Position numbers and translations under genes: made by a program. DNA of 63,440 bases, the filler included, from Vannella sp. (taxonomy: Eukaryota): assembly GCA_023345925.1 (NCBI GenBank). It is 7 parts of 7 records of this genome, joined end to end, with 100 filler letters (N's around TTAATTAATTAA, not from the genome) between each part and the next. Parts side by side here need not be neighbours in the genome. Positions count along the whole stretch, not along the records: positions 1 to 14,500 come from JAJQQN010000685.1; positions 14,601 to 20,418 come from JAJQQN010001139.1; positions 20,519 to 27,167 come from JAJQQN010001233.1; 4 more parts are not named here. One strand, 5' to 3'. Each line of letters begins with the position of its first letter. Position 1 is the first letter of the stretch. Of the stretch, positions 11,575 through 21,394 are shown piece by piece. The notes under the pieces are model-generated. The model had not been told where the DNA came from. It did not search any database and saw only the letters and a list, made by a program, of their open reading frames with translations.

Positions 11575-12702
11575 TCAGAGGGCAGACGCCAGCCAGTCCA
11601 ATCCTCGGCACACATCCGTCACGTTTGCAACGCACATGATTCGCCAAGCGCGTTGTTTCTCTTGTAAAGCATCCTTTCCTTCTAATAGGAGAGTTTGCGC
11701 CAGTTCGCAGGGTAAGCGGGTCTTCAGAAGGAGGGGATCCTCCCTTTGGTCTTCGCCCATTTCCTCCTCTTCGCTCTGGAGGCCAACAGTGCAGCAGAGA
11801 ATCAAGACAGGTGTTCCTGGGTTACATTGGCGGGCTTCTATAAGCTCTTGACTTGCCCTGGCTAAGCGCACATCGCTAATGAGGGCATCAATCACGTAAA
11901 CAAGAGCGTGGGCTGTCTCAAAGAACACTCTTCCATGGCGCAAAGGCTCTTCTCGATAGAAGGCAGCCAAGTTAAAGCGCTTCCTATTCACAGTGAATCC
12001 CACGCCAGAGCCCACGCCTCCAAGACCGGGATAGAGCCCCGTCACAAAAAGGGGAGACTCTTGGGACCACATCAGCTGATAGAGGAGGCCACTTGCGGAC
12101 GAGTTCAAGCCTTGCCCGAAGATAGGAATGCAGAAGATAGGTTCTCCGTTCCTGTCATGAGTCCGGCTCCGGCGCTGAACAGAGCGGGACAGACCAAAGG
12201 GAAGGCGGAAACGGCTTCTTGCGGAGGGTTCGGAGGTCATTCTAGTGAGCGCCCGAGAGGGGCTCATAAAGCACTTTCCATTGGCCAGATGCTGTAGCAA
12301 GTAGCGTTCCCTCCAGTTGGCTAACTGATCACACCGCGCGGCTTGACCTTGATGGTGGGTGTGGAGGCGGAGAACCACTCGCGGGTCGACAGAGTACACT
12401 TGCCATGAGGCTTGGTCTTCTTGGAAGCGGCGATGCCAGCTCTGCTCGTCCTGCGCCAACCGTCGCCACTCTCGACAAACGGAAGGGAGGATCGTCGCCA
12501 AGTCTTCGGCGGGAAGCCATGAGAAGATCAGGAGCTTCAGCTCATACGGAAGTGTATGAAACAAAGGGCACGGCTTGGTCTTCAGCAATCCCATACGAAC
12601 CTGCGACAGAGGTGCAGCAGTCAGACGGTCCTCCCTCGCATCCACTTGGTCAATCCAATCGTCCAAAGCATTCACCAACGAAGCTTCACTCCACCACGCC
12701 AT
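11575..12702 (-). CDS. FBXO4: FBXO4-like F-box protein with C-terminal small-GTPase-like fold
   Basis: F-box LPYELKLLIFSWLPAEDL...VCREW; FGQGL, GVGSGVGF, PVLILCC, LPCELAQTL and GLDWL resemble motifs of vertebrate FBXO4. Confidence 0.75.
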   Translation of the reverse strand: MAWWSEASLVNALDDWIDQVDAREDRLTAAPLSQVRMGLLKTKPCPLFHTLPYELKLLIFSWLPAEDLATILPSVCREWRRLAQDEQSWHRRFQEDQASWQVYSVDPRVVLRLHTHHQGQAARCDQLANWRERYLLQHLANGKCFMSPSRALTRMTSEPSARSRFRLPFGLSRSVQRRSRTHDRNGEPIFCIPIFGQGLNSSASGLLYQLMWSQESPLFVTGLYPGLGGVGSGVGFTVNRKRFNLAAFYREEPLRHGRVFFETAHALVYVIDALISDVRLARASQELIEARQCNPGTPVLILCCTVGLQSEEEEMGEDQREDPLLLKTRLPCELAQTLLLEGKDALQEKQRAWRIMCVANVTDVCRGLDWLASAL

Positions 12703-12940
12703 CCAATAGAAGACCTTTCAATGCCCTCCTCCTCTCCACAACGAAAGCTCCCTCCACAAAGGCTGACTCAGCACTGCTGACGCCAGCAAGAGCGCGTAAG
12801 CATGGAGGAAGGGCCGAGGGGAAATGAGGCCAAAATGGGCAATCACCAGTCAGGTTCGTAAAGGAAAGCGTTGGTTGGTGTGGGTAAAGCGAAAGGAAAG
12901 GAAATGACCGGACGGGGCCATTTATTGGGCCATTCGGTTG

Positions 12941-14371
12941 ATGTCCGCTTCGGAGGCGGAGGACGCGAGGAAGCCCAGGAAACACGCGAAGCGGAAAGAC
13001 TCCAAATACTACGCCTCACTGCCGGGTGGACTCCCGTCTTCTTTGACGCCTCCTCCGACTTTGCAGGTGCCTCAGGACACCAGCGAGGACGCTGCGGTTG
13101 AAGTCTCGGTGGAGAAGAAGAAGAAGAAGCCCTCGCGGAGCGACTCTGTCAGCTCGACACGCAAATCCCGACACACGATATGCTTGGATGGTCCTCTCGA
13201 TTGGCAGAGCTCACCCTCCACAAGGCGCCGTGCTGAGTCTCTCAGCTCTGGTACTAGCGACACAGAGGGAGATGCAAGCGAGAGTGAAGAGTCCTCTGGG
13301 GGTGGCACTAGAAGTGGAAGGGTGGCTCGCCGTAAGAAGGGAAACACGAGCAGTCTCCTCAGCACGGTTGTGACGGTCGGCTCCTCAGGCTCTGCGGGTA
13401 TGATCCCAAGTAACGGCTCTCCTTCAATACTGACATCAATGGACGGGCTAGTCGAACGGAGTGACAATGAAATGCAAGTGATGGTTGGGGTGCGCCTCAG
13501 TGGAAGCTCGTACGAGCTCACCAGTTCTCCTTCTCGCGATGAACTGAAGCGAGGAGAGAGAGTGCGTCAGAGATCCTCTGTCAACCTATCCAAGTGGCTC
13601 CTGGGCAAGGGGAAGGCAAAAAAGTGTGCCACTGGAGTGTTTGGAGCGTGCATCGCTGACCTGGTGTCTGAACCGAGTGGGAATGAGATTCCCATCATCA
13701 TTCGTCAGTGTGTGGACTACCTAGTGACCCGTGATGGTAAGAAAGCGTTCGTTTGTGGGTTCATCCGCCTCATTCTCTTCAGCCCACCTGCTGGAAGGGA
13801 TCTTTCGCAAGTCTGGACGAACAGAAGTGATCGATCGACTCAAAAGCCTCTATGACTCTCCTTCAGGTGAGCCCTTCCGTCTCCTGGAAGAGAAAATGCT
13901 CACCCAGCCCAGCGGAGCCCGACCTGGACACCTGCACAGACCCCCATTGCGTCGCCAGCTTGCTGAAAACCTTTCTGGGAGCCATGTCAGAGCCGGTCAT
14001 CCCCTTCTCCGAGTACGAACGGGTCATTCAGAACTTCAGTGAGTCCCCATCCCCTCTCTCTGACACTTTCAGTGCCCTGACAAGGAGCAGACCACTTCAA
14101 AGAGACGAATGAAAAGAGTGGCGTCGTGCGAAACCTTGTGAGCACGCTGCCAGCCCCCAATCGCAGCGTGCTCCAGTACATGATGCGCTTCTTAGTGCGC
14201 GTGAGCAATAACAGCGACCTCAACTTGATGAGCAGCAAGAACCTCGGCGTTGTCTTTGGCCCCAACTTACTGCGGCCCCTCGAACACACCCCCGCCACCC
14301 TCATGGACCTCACAAACACTCAAATCATCGCCCACATGATCGATCATTCCTCTTCCGTCTTCCAGCGCTGA
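12941..14371 (+). CDS. RhoGAP domain protein with Ser-rich N-terminus
   Basis: IPIIIRQCVDYL, EGIFRKSG (arginine finger), VASLLKTFL, NLMSSKNLGVVFGPNLL; spliced. Confidence 0.9.
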
Positions 14372-14500
14372 GATGGAGAGAAGGACGGAGAAGGGAGTCT
14401 CGCCATCTCCCAACATCCCTCTGGGTTGCACTTAAAATGTATTTTATTACCAAACGGTCATCGCCACTATCATCACCATCATCATCATTATCGTGGCATT

Positions 14501-14600
14501 NNNNNNNNNNNNNNNNNNNNNNNNNNNNNNNNNNNNNNNNNNNNTTAATTAATTAANNNNNNNNNNNNNNNNNNNNNNNNNNNNNNNNNNNNNNNNNNNN
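14501..14600. other. Artificial contig spacer
   Basis: N44-TTAATTAATTAA-N44 (stops in all six frames). Confidence 0.99.
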
Positions 14601-15242
14601 GCGCTCCTGAGCCAGAAATGATGCTGCCATTGTTGAGAGTACCGCTTATTCCTTCAAATATGGCAGTGGAGTAACTCAGCACAAACAGCCCGCTAGAAAG
14701 ACGGGTTCCATTGGTGAGGGTGATCTTCGCATCAGAAGAAACTAAGATTTGTCCTGTCCCAGAAAGGATAGCCGTGGGTCCAATCACCATTTCATCGTCC
14801 ACAATGAGATTGCCAGCTCCTCCAAGCCTGCCGAGAAGAGTCAAGCGCTTCAGACGTAGGTGTTCAGTCAGATTCAGAGTAGCAGTAGAACTTATCGAAA
14901 CATTCAGAAGCTCGAAGAAGGTGACGTTATTCACGAAAGTAACCGCTTGAGCATCAAGATGAAAGCTTTGCGTGGTGTTCGCTCCGGTCAAGGTGAGGAC
15001 GGTAGCTGTGGAGTTCCCCACGACGATCGCCTTATCCTGCTTCCCAGGGGTGTCTCCAGGATAGGTGCGGTTTGGGTAGTTCCAGCTCGACGAAGCGTAG
15101 AACCGATCTGTCGCGCGTCAGCCCTCTTCCAAGCTTTCAAATGGATCCTCTTACCTCCCGTTTTCTTCCAAACGAATGGTTGAGAGAAGACTACACCACA
15201 AAGAAGAGCCATCGAGACCACGAAGAGAGCGAGGCCTCTCAT
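14601..15242 (-). CDS. 5' part of a secreted beta-helix/autotransporter-passenger-like protein, cut by the contig edge
   Basis: Signal MRGLALFVVSMALLCGVVFS; intron ~15108-15154; WNYPNRTYPG...D then beta-strand repeats (LGGAGNLIV, LSGTGQILV). Confidence 0.7.
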
Positions 15243-15374
15243 CCCAGAACCCAGAAAAAGTTGTCCTAAGCGACCAACGGACTTGGGAAGCTAAACCCAA
15301 ATTGATTGGGTTCATCCCCCAAAATAAAATGCAATCTCGTTTAACTCAAGCTACCTAGTTGATAAACCAAATAA

Positions 15375-15427
15375 CATAAAAAGTTTATTGGTAAAGGTTC
15401 TGATCGAATTTAGAGGCACTTTTCAAC
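15375..15427 (+). mobile_element. Fragment of the MITE-like repeat
   Basis: 53 nt matching 41498-41550 with 4 mismatches, all C/T. Confidence 0.75.
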
Positions 15428-16249
15428 TTGGCTGGTTTGGTGGGGAACATTCATCCATCATGCAGAGTCATACAAGGGAATCAGAACTCTGGATTGAAAG
15501 CGGCAAGTGATTGTCTCTTGAGTTCTTCACTCTGGATGACTCTGCAAGTACCTCCACGCGCATTCTTCTCACGAGGAGGATTGAATCTGATCCCGAAACC
15601 AAGTGTCAAGGACACCTGCAGAACTCTGAGAACCGAGAATACACGAAGTTGGGCATACTCCAAGATGAGGCAGAAGTTCAGAGCCTTCTGATCCGGGGTG
15701 AAGGCGCCTACAACCAGGACCTCCAAAAAAGGATCCAACAAGCGAGTGGGAATGAGATTGCATAAGTTCAGCGTCTCAACTCTCTCGTCCAATGAGCGAT
15801 CCAACAACGACGGTGAATCTCGTGAGAGGGAGCAGTTGAGGATGCAAGGGTAGAAACCTACCGCAATCATGATCAGAGGCCGCTGTCTGTCGGTGCTACA
15901 GGATAATTGAGCTGCTTTCCCTCAAAAGTAGTCTGATTAGGCACTCCAGCATTGCTTGCAAATGTGACGGAACCTCTGCTTCCTCAATCTGCGGTTGAGT
16001 GGAGTCAGCACTCTCGTAATGTACTCGTTTTGAATGAGGAGCTAGATCCAGAGAGCGACGCGTGGGCTCTCGCAGATCCCCGCGATCACTTCTTCCTTCC
16101 GTCAAGCAGAGGACCATGCTTTGGGGGCCCGCAAGATACACCAAATAGCTTACAAAAGCTTACTAGAGCTACGTTACTTGCCTTCTCTAGAGCCTGAGGG
16201 ATCCATCAGGGCAATGCCACCCAACAAGTGATCATTTGTTGTGCGAGTG

Positions 16250-16395
16250 CTTCGAGACGATGGACCCAACAGGAGTGGTTAGTGCGGTTGATAGAGACGT
16301 TGGTAGAATACAGTTGTAGCTTCCCTCTGGTGCTCCGAAAAGTCCAAACACTCGTCTAAGAGCGTCAAGACCCTCTCACTTTCAAAAGCCTGGCT
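16250..16395 (-). pseudogene. Decayed remnant of a paralog of the 17531-20418 beta-helix gene
   Basis: Nucleotide similarity to ~18235-18400 (TGGACCCA..AGGAGTGGT.AGTGCG; exact TTTCAAAAGCCTGGCT) with frameshifting indels. Confidence 0.75.
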
Positions 16396-16447
16396 CAGTC
16401 ATGATTGAAGAAGGGTCAATTGAGTCCACTCTATTGAGGAAGTTGAG

Positions 16448-17297
16448 TTAAGTTGAGTTCTGGTGGAGTAGTTCCAATCGCCGCATGGAGGCGCTGTCTT
16501 TAGCGTTTGTGGCTGTTTCCTCCGCTTCACGACCTGAAAGAGCGGGAGAGAAGGCGGGGAGACAGACCACAATGTACTCAGTAGCACATGGCCAGATCCA
16601 CTTGACTCGCAAGTCCTTCGGCAATAGAATACCTTGGCCAGCTTCGACCTTCATTCGCTTTCCTTCGCTGCTTTGAAACTCAATCGCTCCAACCGTACAA
16701 ACCACGTACTGCCCCGCCAATCACCATCAATCAGCCGTTTCAGCTACGATGATCGGACATGATACGTACCTCATCGAACCCTGGAGCTTGCCATGCCTCT
16801 TCTGATGCAGCCTTGACCTTGGCGATGGCGAAGGAGACCTCCTTTTGCTGGCTGGCCACTCCACCGAAGTACTCTGTGATGGTGATACCAGGGGCATTCA
16901 CTACATCTACAGGTCTGATCACTCGAGGGCAGGCTCCAGCAACTACAAACGACTTGTCAGTGGAAAGCAGATCCATCGAGAAGGCTGGTAGGCAGAGCGC
17001 GATGTAGTGAACCTCTTCAGGCCAGTTCCACTGCACATCACATCCTTTAGGGATCAATAGACCCTCGCCAGGACCTGCCGTCAGGAAGGATCCATCGGGG
17101 AGGTTGACGTTGAGTTGACCTTGCTTGCAAACCACGTATTCGGAGAACAAAGCCACTCGAAATGGATCAGCTGGTCCTGCTGCTCTTCGGATGATAGCAA
17201 GGGAAAGCGCTTCGTTGTGTGTTGCTGCCAACCCGAAGAACTCTTCAATCCCTTCCCCCAAGAGTGTCCCCGAGAGTGCCATATGAACTATCCTCAT
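16448..17297 (-). CDS. Protein with two tandem EutQ-like cupin domains
   Basis: Repeated IEEFFG/ITEYFG...EYVVC..G...AG.G.L.PK...V.W.WP...YI..CLPAFS; intron 16709-16769. Confidence 0.8.
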
Positions 17298-17530
17298 TAA
17301 AACGATGAGAGATCAGTCATGCATGAATTAATACATCTTAGCTAAATTTCCCCCTTGTCCTCGAAAATGCTTGAGAAGGAAAGAGGGAGTTTTACTCTTG
17401 TTTGGTGAGCTTGCCAGATGAGCTCATCTCTTCAGGATAACTAGTTTCAGTTCTTCTTGACAGCTTCATTGACTCGAATGACCCATTATCTTAACTAGAG
17501 GGCAGCGCAGGGTGAGATAAGAATGAATGT

Positions 17531-20418
17531 TTATTGGTTAGCCCGCTTCGCCACTTCCAACAATTGAGAGACTCGGTCGTCGCGACGCTCTTTGTGCCTG
17601 GTTGCTTGTTCCTTTTTTCGGAGGCGTTGTTCGATTATCAGCGCCCCTCCAAAGAATACAATCAAGAGGAGGATGATGGTAACGGCGACAGGGAAATGGA
17701 CATACCAAGGAGGGGAGATTCGCTTGGTCAAGTCGTCACTTCCACAAGAACCGAGGAGAATGGCAAAGTTGACTCCTCCATAACTCGCTCCTGGTTTGCA
17801 AGAGCGGTCGTACGATGCCACAGACTTGGCATTGCGAATGGGGCATTCGTCTTTGCAGTTGAACAGTACTTCTTCAAAGCGACCCAAACGCTTGGTCTGA
17901 GAGAGAATCAGCTCAAATCGGTCTCCTTCCTCGAAATTTCCATCGGGATTGAGGCAAACGCAAGCTCGACCTCCTTCGAGATTGACGTCGTCCCCTGCTG
18001 AGATGAAAGTGAGCGCGTTCGGGTCGGTTTGGTTGCGGGATTGAATGTTGAAGATCATTGTGCCAATGCTTCTGAATTGGCCTGAAACATGCAAACGAGT
18101 GGGCTGGTTCTCTCCGAAGCCCTGAATGGTGGCCTCTTTGCCATTGAGTAGATTTCCTTGGATGGAGCCAGTTCCTGCCAGAGAACCCTCACTGACCAAT
18201 GAGCTTCCGTTCATTAGGATGTGAGATTGCTCCAAAGCGATGGACCCATTAGGAGTGGTAAGTGCGCGGTTGATAGTAACGTTGGTAGAGTACAGCTGCA
18301 GCTTCCCGCTGTGCTCCAAATAGTCCAAACAAGCAATCAGGGTCTGGAAGCGTGCAGTTCGGCCCAGGGTCAAGATGCCCTGATTTTCAAAAGCCTGGCT
18401 GTCGGTGGAGCCGCAGTTCACCTTAAAGTCATGATCTGCCTCCATCACTCCCAAGTTTGTCAGAGATGCTCCAGCAGGGGCTCTGATACGGCCTGGGGCA
18501 ACCAATCGGCCCTTATTTAGGAATACAGATGTCTGGTCAACATCGATTGCAGAGAGAGCATCCATCTGTACTTGGCCAGTGATCAAAAATGAGGATTCTT
18601 CCCGCAACGCCAACCGAGCACTTCCTGTAAGGGTGAAATTAGCCTCAACTAGAGCATTAGAGGATCGCATGATCAATTGAACATTCTCTTGTAGCTTCAT
18701 GTTCCCTCCAGAACCAGAACCAGCCGAGATTAAAAGCTCTGAGTCAATCAGAGACAGTGAATTGAGGAAAGGAGTTGGATTAAAGGCGATAAAATCGCCC
18801 CCTGAAACGACCAATCGAGATCCCTGCATTACAAAGGTACTTTGGTCAGTGACACGAAGATCTCCTTGCTTCATTAGCACAGATGTGCGGTCAAAGGAGA
18901 GTTTTGATGAGTCTCCAGCTTGCAAAGAGCCTCCATCGATCTCCAGATTACTCTGTTTGATGGAAACCCTGGATCTGTCTTTGATGCTAAAATCCCCAGC
19001 AGTAATCGAAACACTGGAAGACTCAAAAAGGGCGTCTGATGATCCAGAGCAGCCGAGATGCCCTGAAACTTTGATCTCCGCACCTCGGAACACACCAGAA
19101 GCTTGTTTCTCAAAATTCATATCTCCCTGAACATTTACCTTGGTGGAAGTCAAGGTGACTTGCGACTCATCGTTGAAATTGATACTTCCTGCTTCGATTA
19201 GAAGTTCTCCTTCAGCAATCTGTGCCTCGCTTTGGTCCGAGAAGTGGAGGTCTCCACCAGAAACCAAAATTTGTGATTCATCGAAATTGGCAATGGAGGC
19301 TCCTTTGGTGGTCAAGTCTCCTTTGAGAATGAGAAGTTTTGACTGGGTACAGACCAGGAGCGCATTACCAGAGAATTCTACGGAACCTCCATTCACAGAG
19401 AATTGGGACTGGTCGATAGTGGAAGTCACTTGACCGGAGAAGGTTGCATTTCCACTGAACACTTCGATGTTTCCTTCATTGCGCAAAACCAAGCGGGTGG
19501 AATTGAGTGCTGTAAAAGACCCACCATCAACAATCACTCTTGAGGCATCAACAACGAGATTGGAACCATCTTGAGCAAACAGTGAGCCGCTGGTAATTCT
19601 AAGTGAGCTCTGACCACCGAGTACAACGTTACTATGGTCAGATAACACAGCATTCCCGCCAGATATATTCCAGCAAGATGTTGACAGCGAGATGACGCTA
19701 ATTCCACCGTAGTTGACAGACCCTTGCTTCAACTCAAAGCAAGATTCATCAGTCAAGGAAAGATTTGAGATGCCAGCCGCATCAATTGAACCACCAGTAA
19801 CCTTGTAATTGGAGCCTTGTGAAAGGGATACAGAACTACTTCCTCCTAAAAAGAGGTTTCCTCCGGAGACACTGAACACAGAATCTTGAATGTCGACGCT
19901 AGAGGACCCTTCGTAAGAGGTTTGACCCCCAGTAATAGAGTACGAAGATGACTGGATGTCCATCTCCAAAAGCCCGACGAAAGGAATGATCCGCTTTGGA
20001 TGGTGATGTCGGAAGAGCGAATGCGAATTGAAGTGTTTTCAGTTACTCCCAAAGTTCCTGAGCCAGAAAGGATTATTGAAGAATATTGGAATAAATTGGA
20101 GGAAGCAGAACCAAATTGAATGTTTCCATCACCAGACACGCTTAGACTTGAACGCAGCCAAGTTGCCTCTCCCCCAAAGAAACGGGCGTTTCCTCTTGTG
20201 ACAAAAGCTGAGGATTCTTCAATTATGAATGAACCCTGACTGATGACGGAAAGATCTCCTCCCTCCACATGGATTGCGTCCTTGTCATTGAAGGTAGTAA
20301 CGCTCTGTCCGGAAATTGTGAGCGAACCAGACTTAATACTCACTGCAGAGCGGGTAAATTGGTGGGAAGAAGTATCACCAAAGTTCAAATTTCCACCTTC
20401 AACAGTGATGCTCGAGTC
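17531..20418 (-). CDS. Large beta-helix (22-23 aa repeat) single-pass surface protein, 5'-truncated, with a 1-nt frameshift at 19968-19971
   Basis: Regular VxGGx(L/F) repeats; autotransporter-like GSLAGTGSIQGNL and GDRFELI...GRFEEV; TM VAVTIILLLIVFFGGALII; two ORFs in different frames. Confidence 0.8.
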
Positions 20419-20518
20419 NNNNNNNNNNNNNNNNNNNNNNNNNNNNNNNNNNNNNNNNNNNNTTAATTAATTAANNNNNNNNNNNNNNNNNNNNNNNNNN
20501 NNNNNNNNNNNNNNNNNN
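20419..20518. other. Artificial contig spacer
   Basis: N44-TTAATTAATTAA-N44. Confidence 0.99.
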
Positions 20519-20702
20519 CCAGCATCTCCTCCAACACATGGCTCTCTCTCTGCGTAGCCCTCTGCGAGAGACTCCACAGCGAAGCCCGCCGACAACCCAA
20601 CCTCGCGCCTCGGATCATCCAGAAAGTGATTCCTTGGCTCGGTGGGCGCTTTGAATGGATCAGTGGGAAGCTATTTGATTGCTCTCCATTGAGGAAGGGC
20701 TG

Positions 20703-21302
20703 ATGGAGCGAGGGGGCGACCACCCGCTGAGTGTGGCTCAAAAGTGTTCGCGGGGAGGGGCTTTCGTTGCGTTCCTGCTGCTGTTCTGCTTGTGGGATCT
20801 TGCAGCGGTTCTGTTGCAGTTCCTTCTACTGCGGTGGGTGTGGGTACCTACGTTTATCATCGGGTTAAGCGTGGGTGTTGGTCTTCTTTCCCTCGTTCTC
20901 TTTGTGTGTGTCTTCCGGTACTCTCTCTTTCCTTTAGCTATGTTACGGTTGGCTGCTTTAACAGCTATCCTTGTTGTTTGGTCGTGGAACATCCTCCGCT
21001 GGTACAGCCAGAACCGTTCCCCTGGTTGGGCGAACGGTATGGACACTCTGTGGACTGACACTCAAGCTCTGGGATACAACTACATTGCTCTGTTCGTCTG
21101 GGCCACTGTTGCAGGTCTGCTCCTCTTCTTAGCCCTCTTTGCGCACTATCTTCCTCGCATGGGACTCTTCCACCTCCTCCTCAATCAGTACACTCGCCTG
21201 GCCCCTCAATACACCGAGGATGTGGGTGAAGAACTACCAGAAATCAACAATGAACTTCAAGAGACCGACCCTGACGATCTCAGCGAACAAGGTCAGCCTT
21301 GA
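20703..21302 (+). CDS. Hypothetical multi-pass (about 4 TM) membrane protein
   Basis: Uninterrupted ORF with several hydrophobic segments and an acidic tail. Confidence 0.65.
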   Translation: MERGGDHPLSVAQKCSRGGAFVAFLLLFCLWDLAAVLLQFLLLRWVWVPTFIIGLSVGVGLLSLVLFVCVFRYSLFPLAMLRLAALTAILVVWSWNILRWYSQNRSPGWANGMDTLWTDTQALGYNYIALFVWATVAGLLLFLALFAHYLPRMGLFHLLLNQYTRLAPQYTEDVGEELPEINNELQETDPDDLSEQGQP

Positions 21303-21394
21303 CCTTGGTCACGTGACCTTCCACAACCCTTTTGCTCTCTGCGACTCTGTTCTTGTTTGAATTACATGATAAAAAGTTATTTCTTTGTTGGCTG

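Noticed and set aside
15430..16200. Short ORFs next to the MITE fragment as a transposase remnant
   Set aside because: No recognisable DDE, RT or other motif
14601..20418. Circular contig joining the two beta-helix gene parts
   Set aside because: No terminal sequence overlap is visible; tandem paralogs explain it equally well
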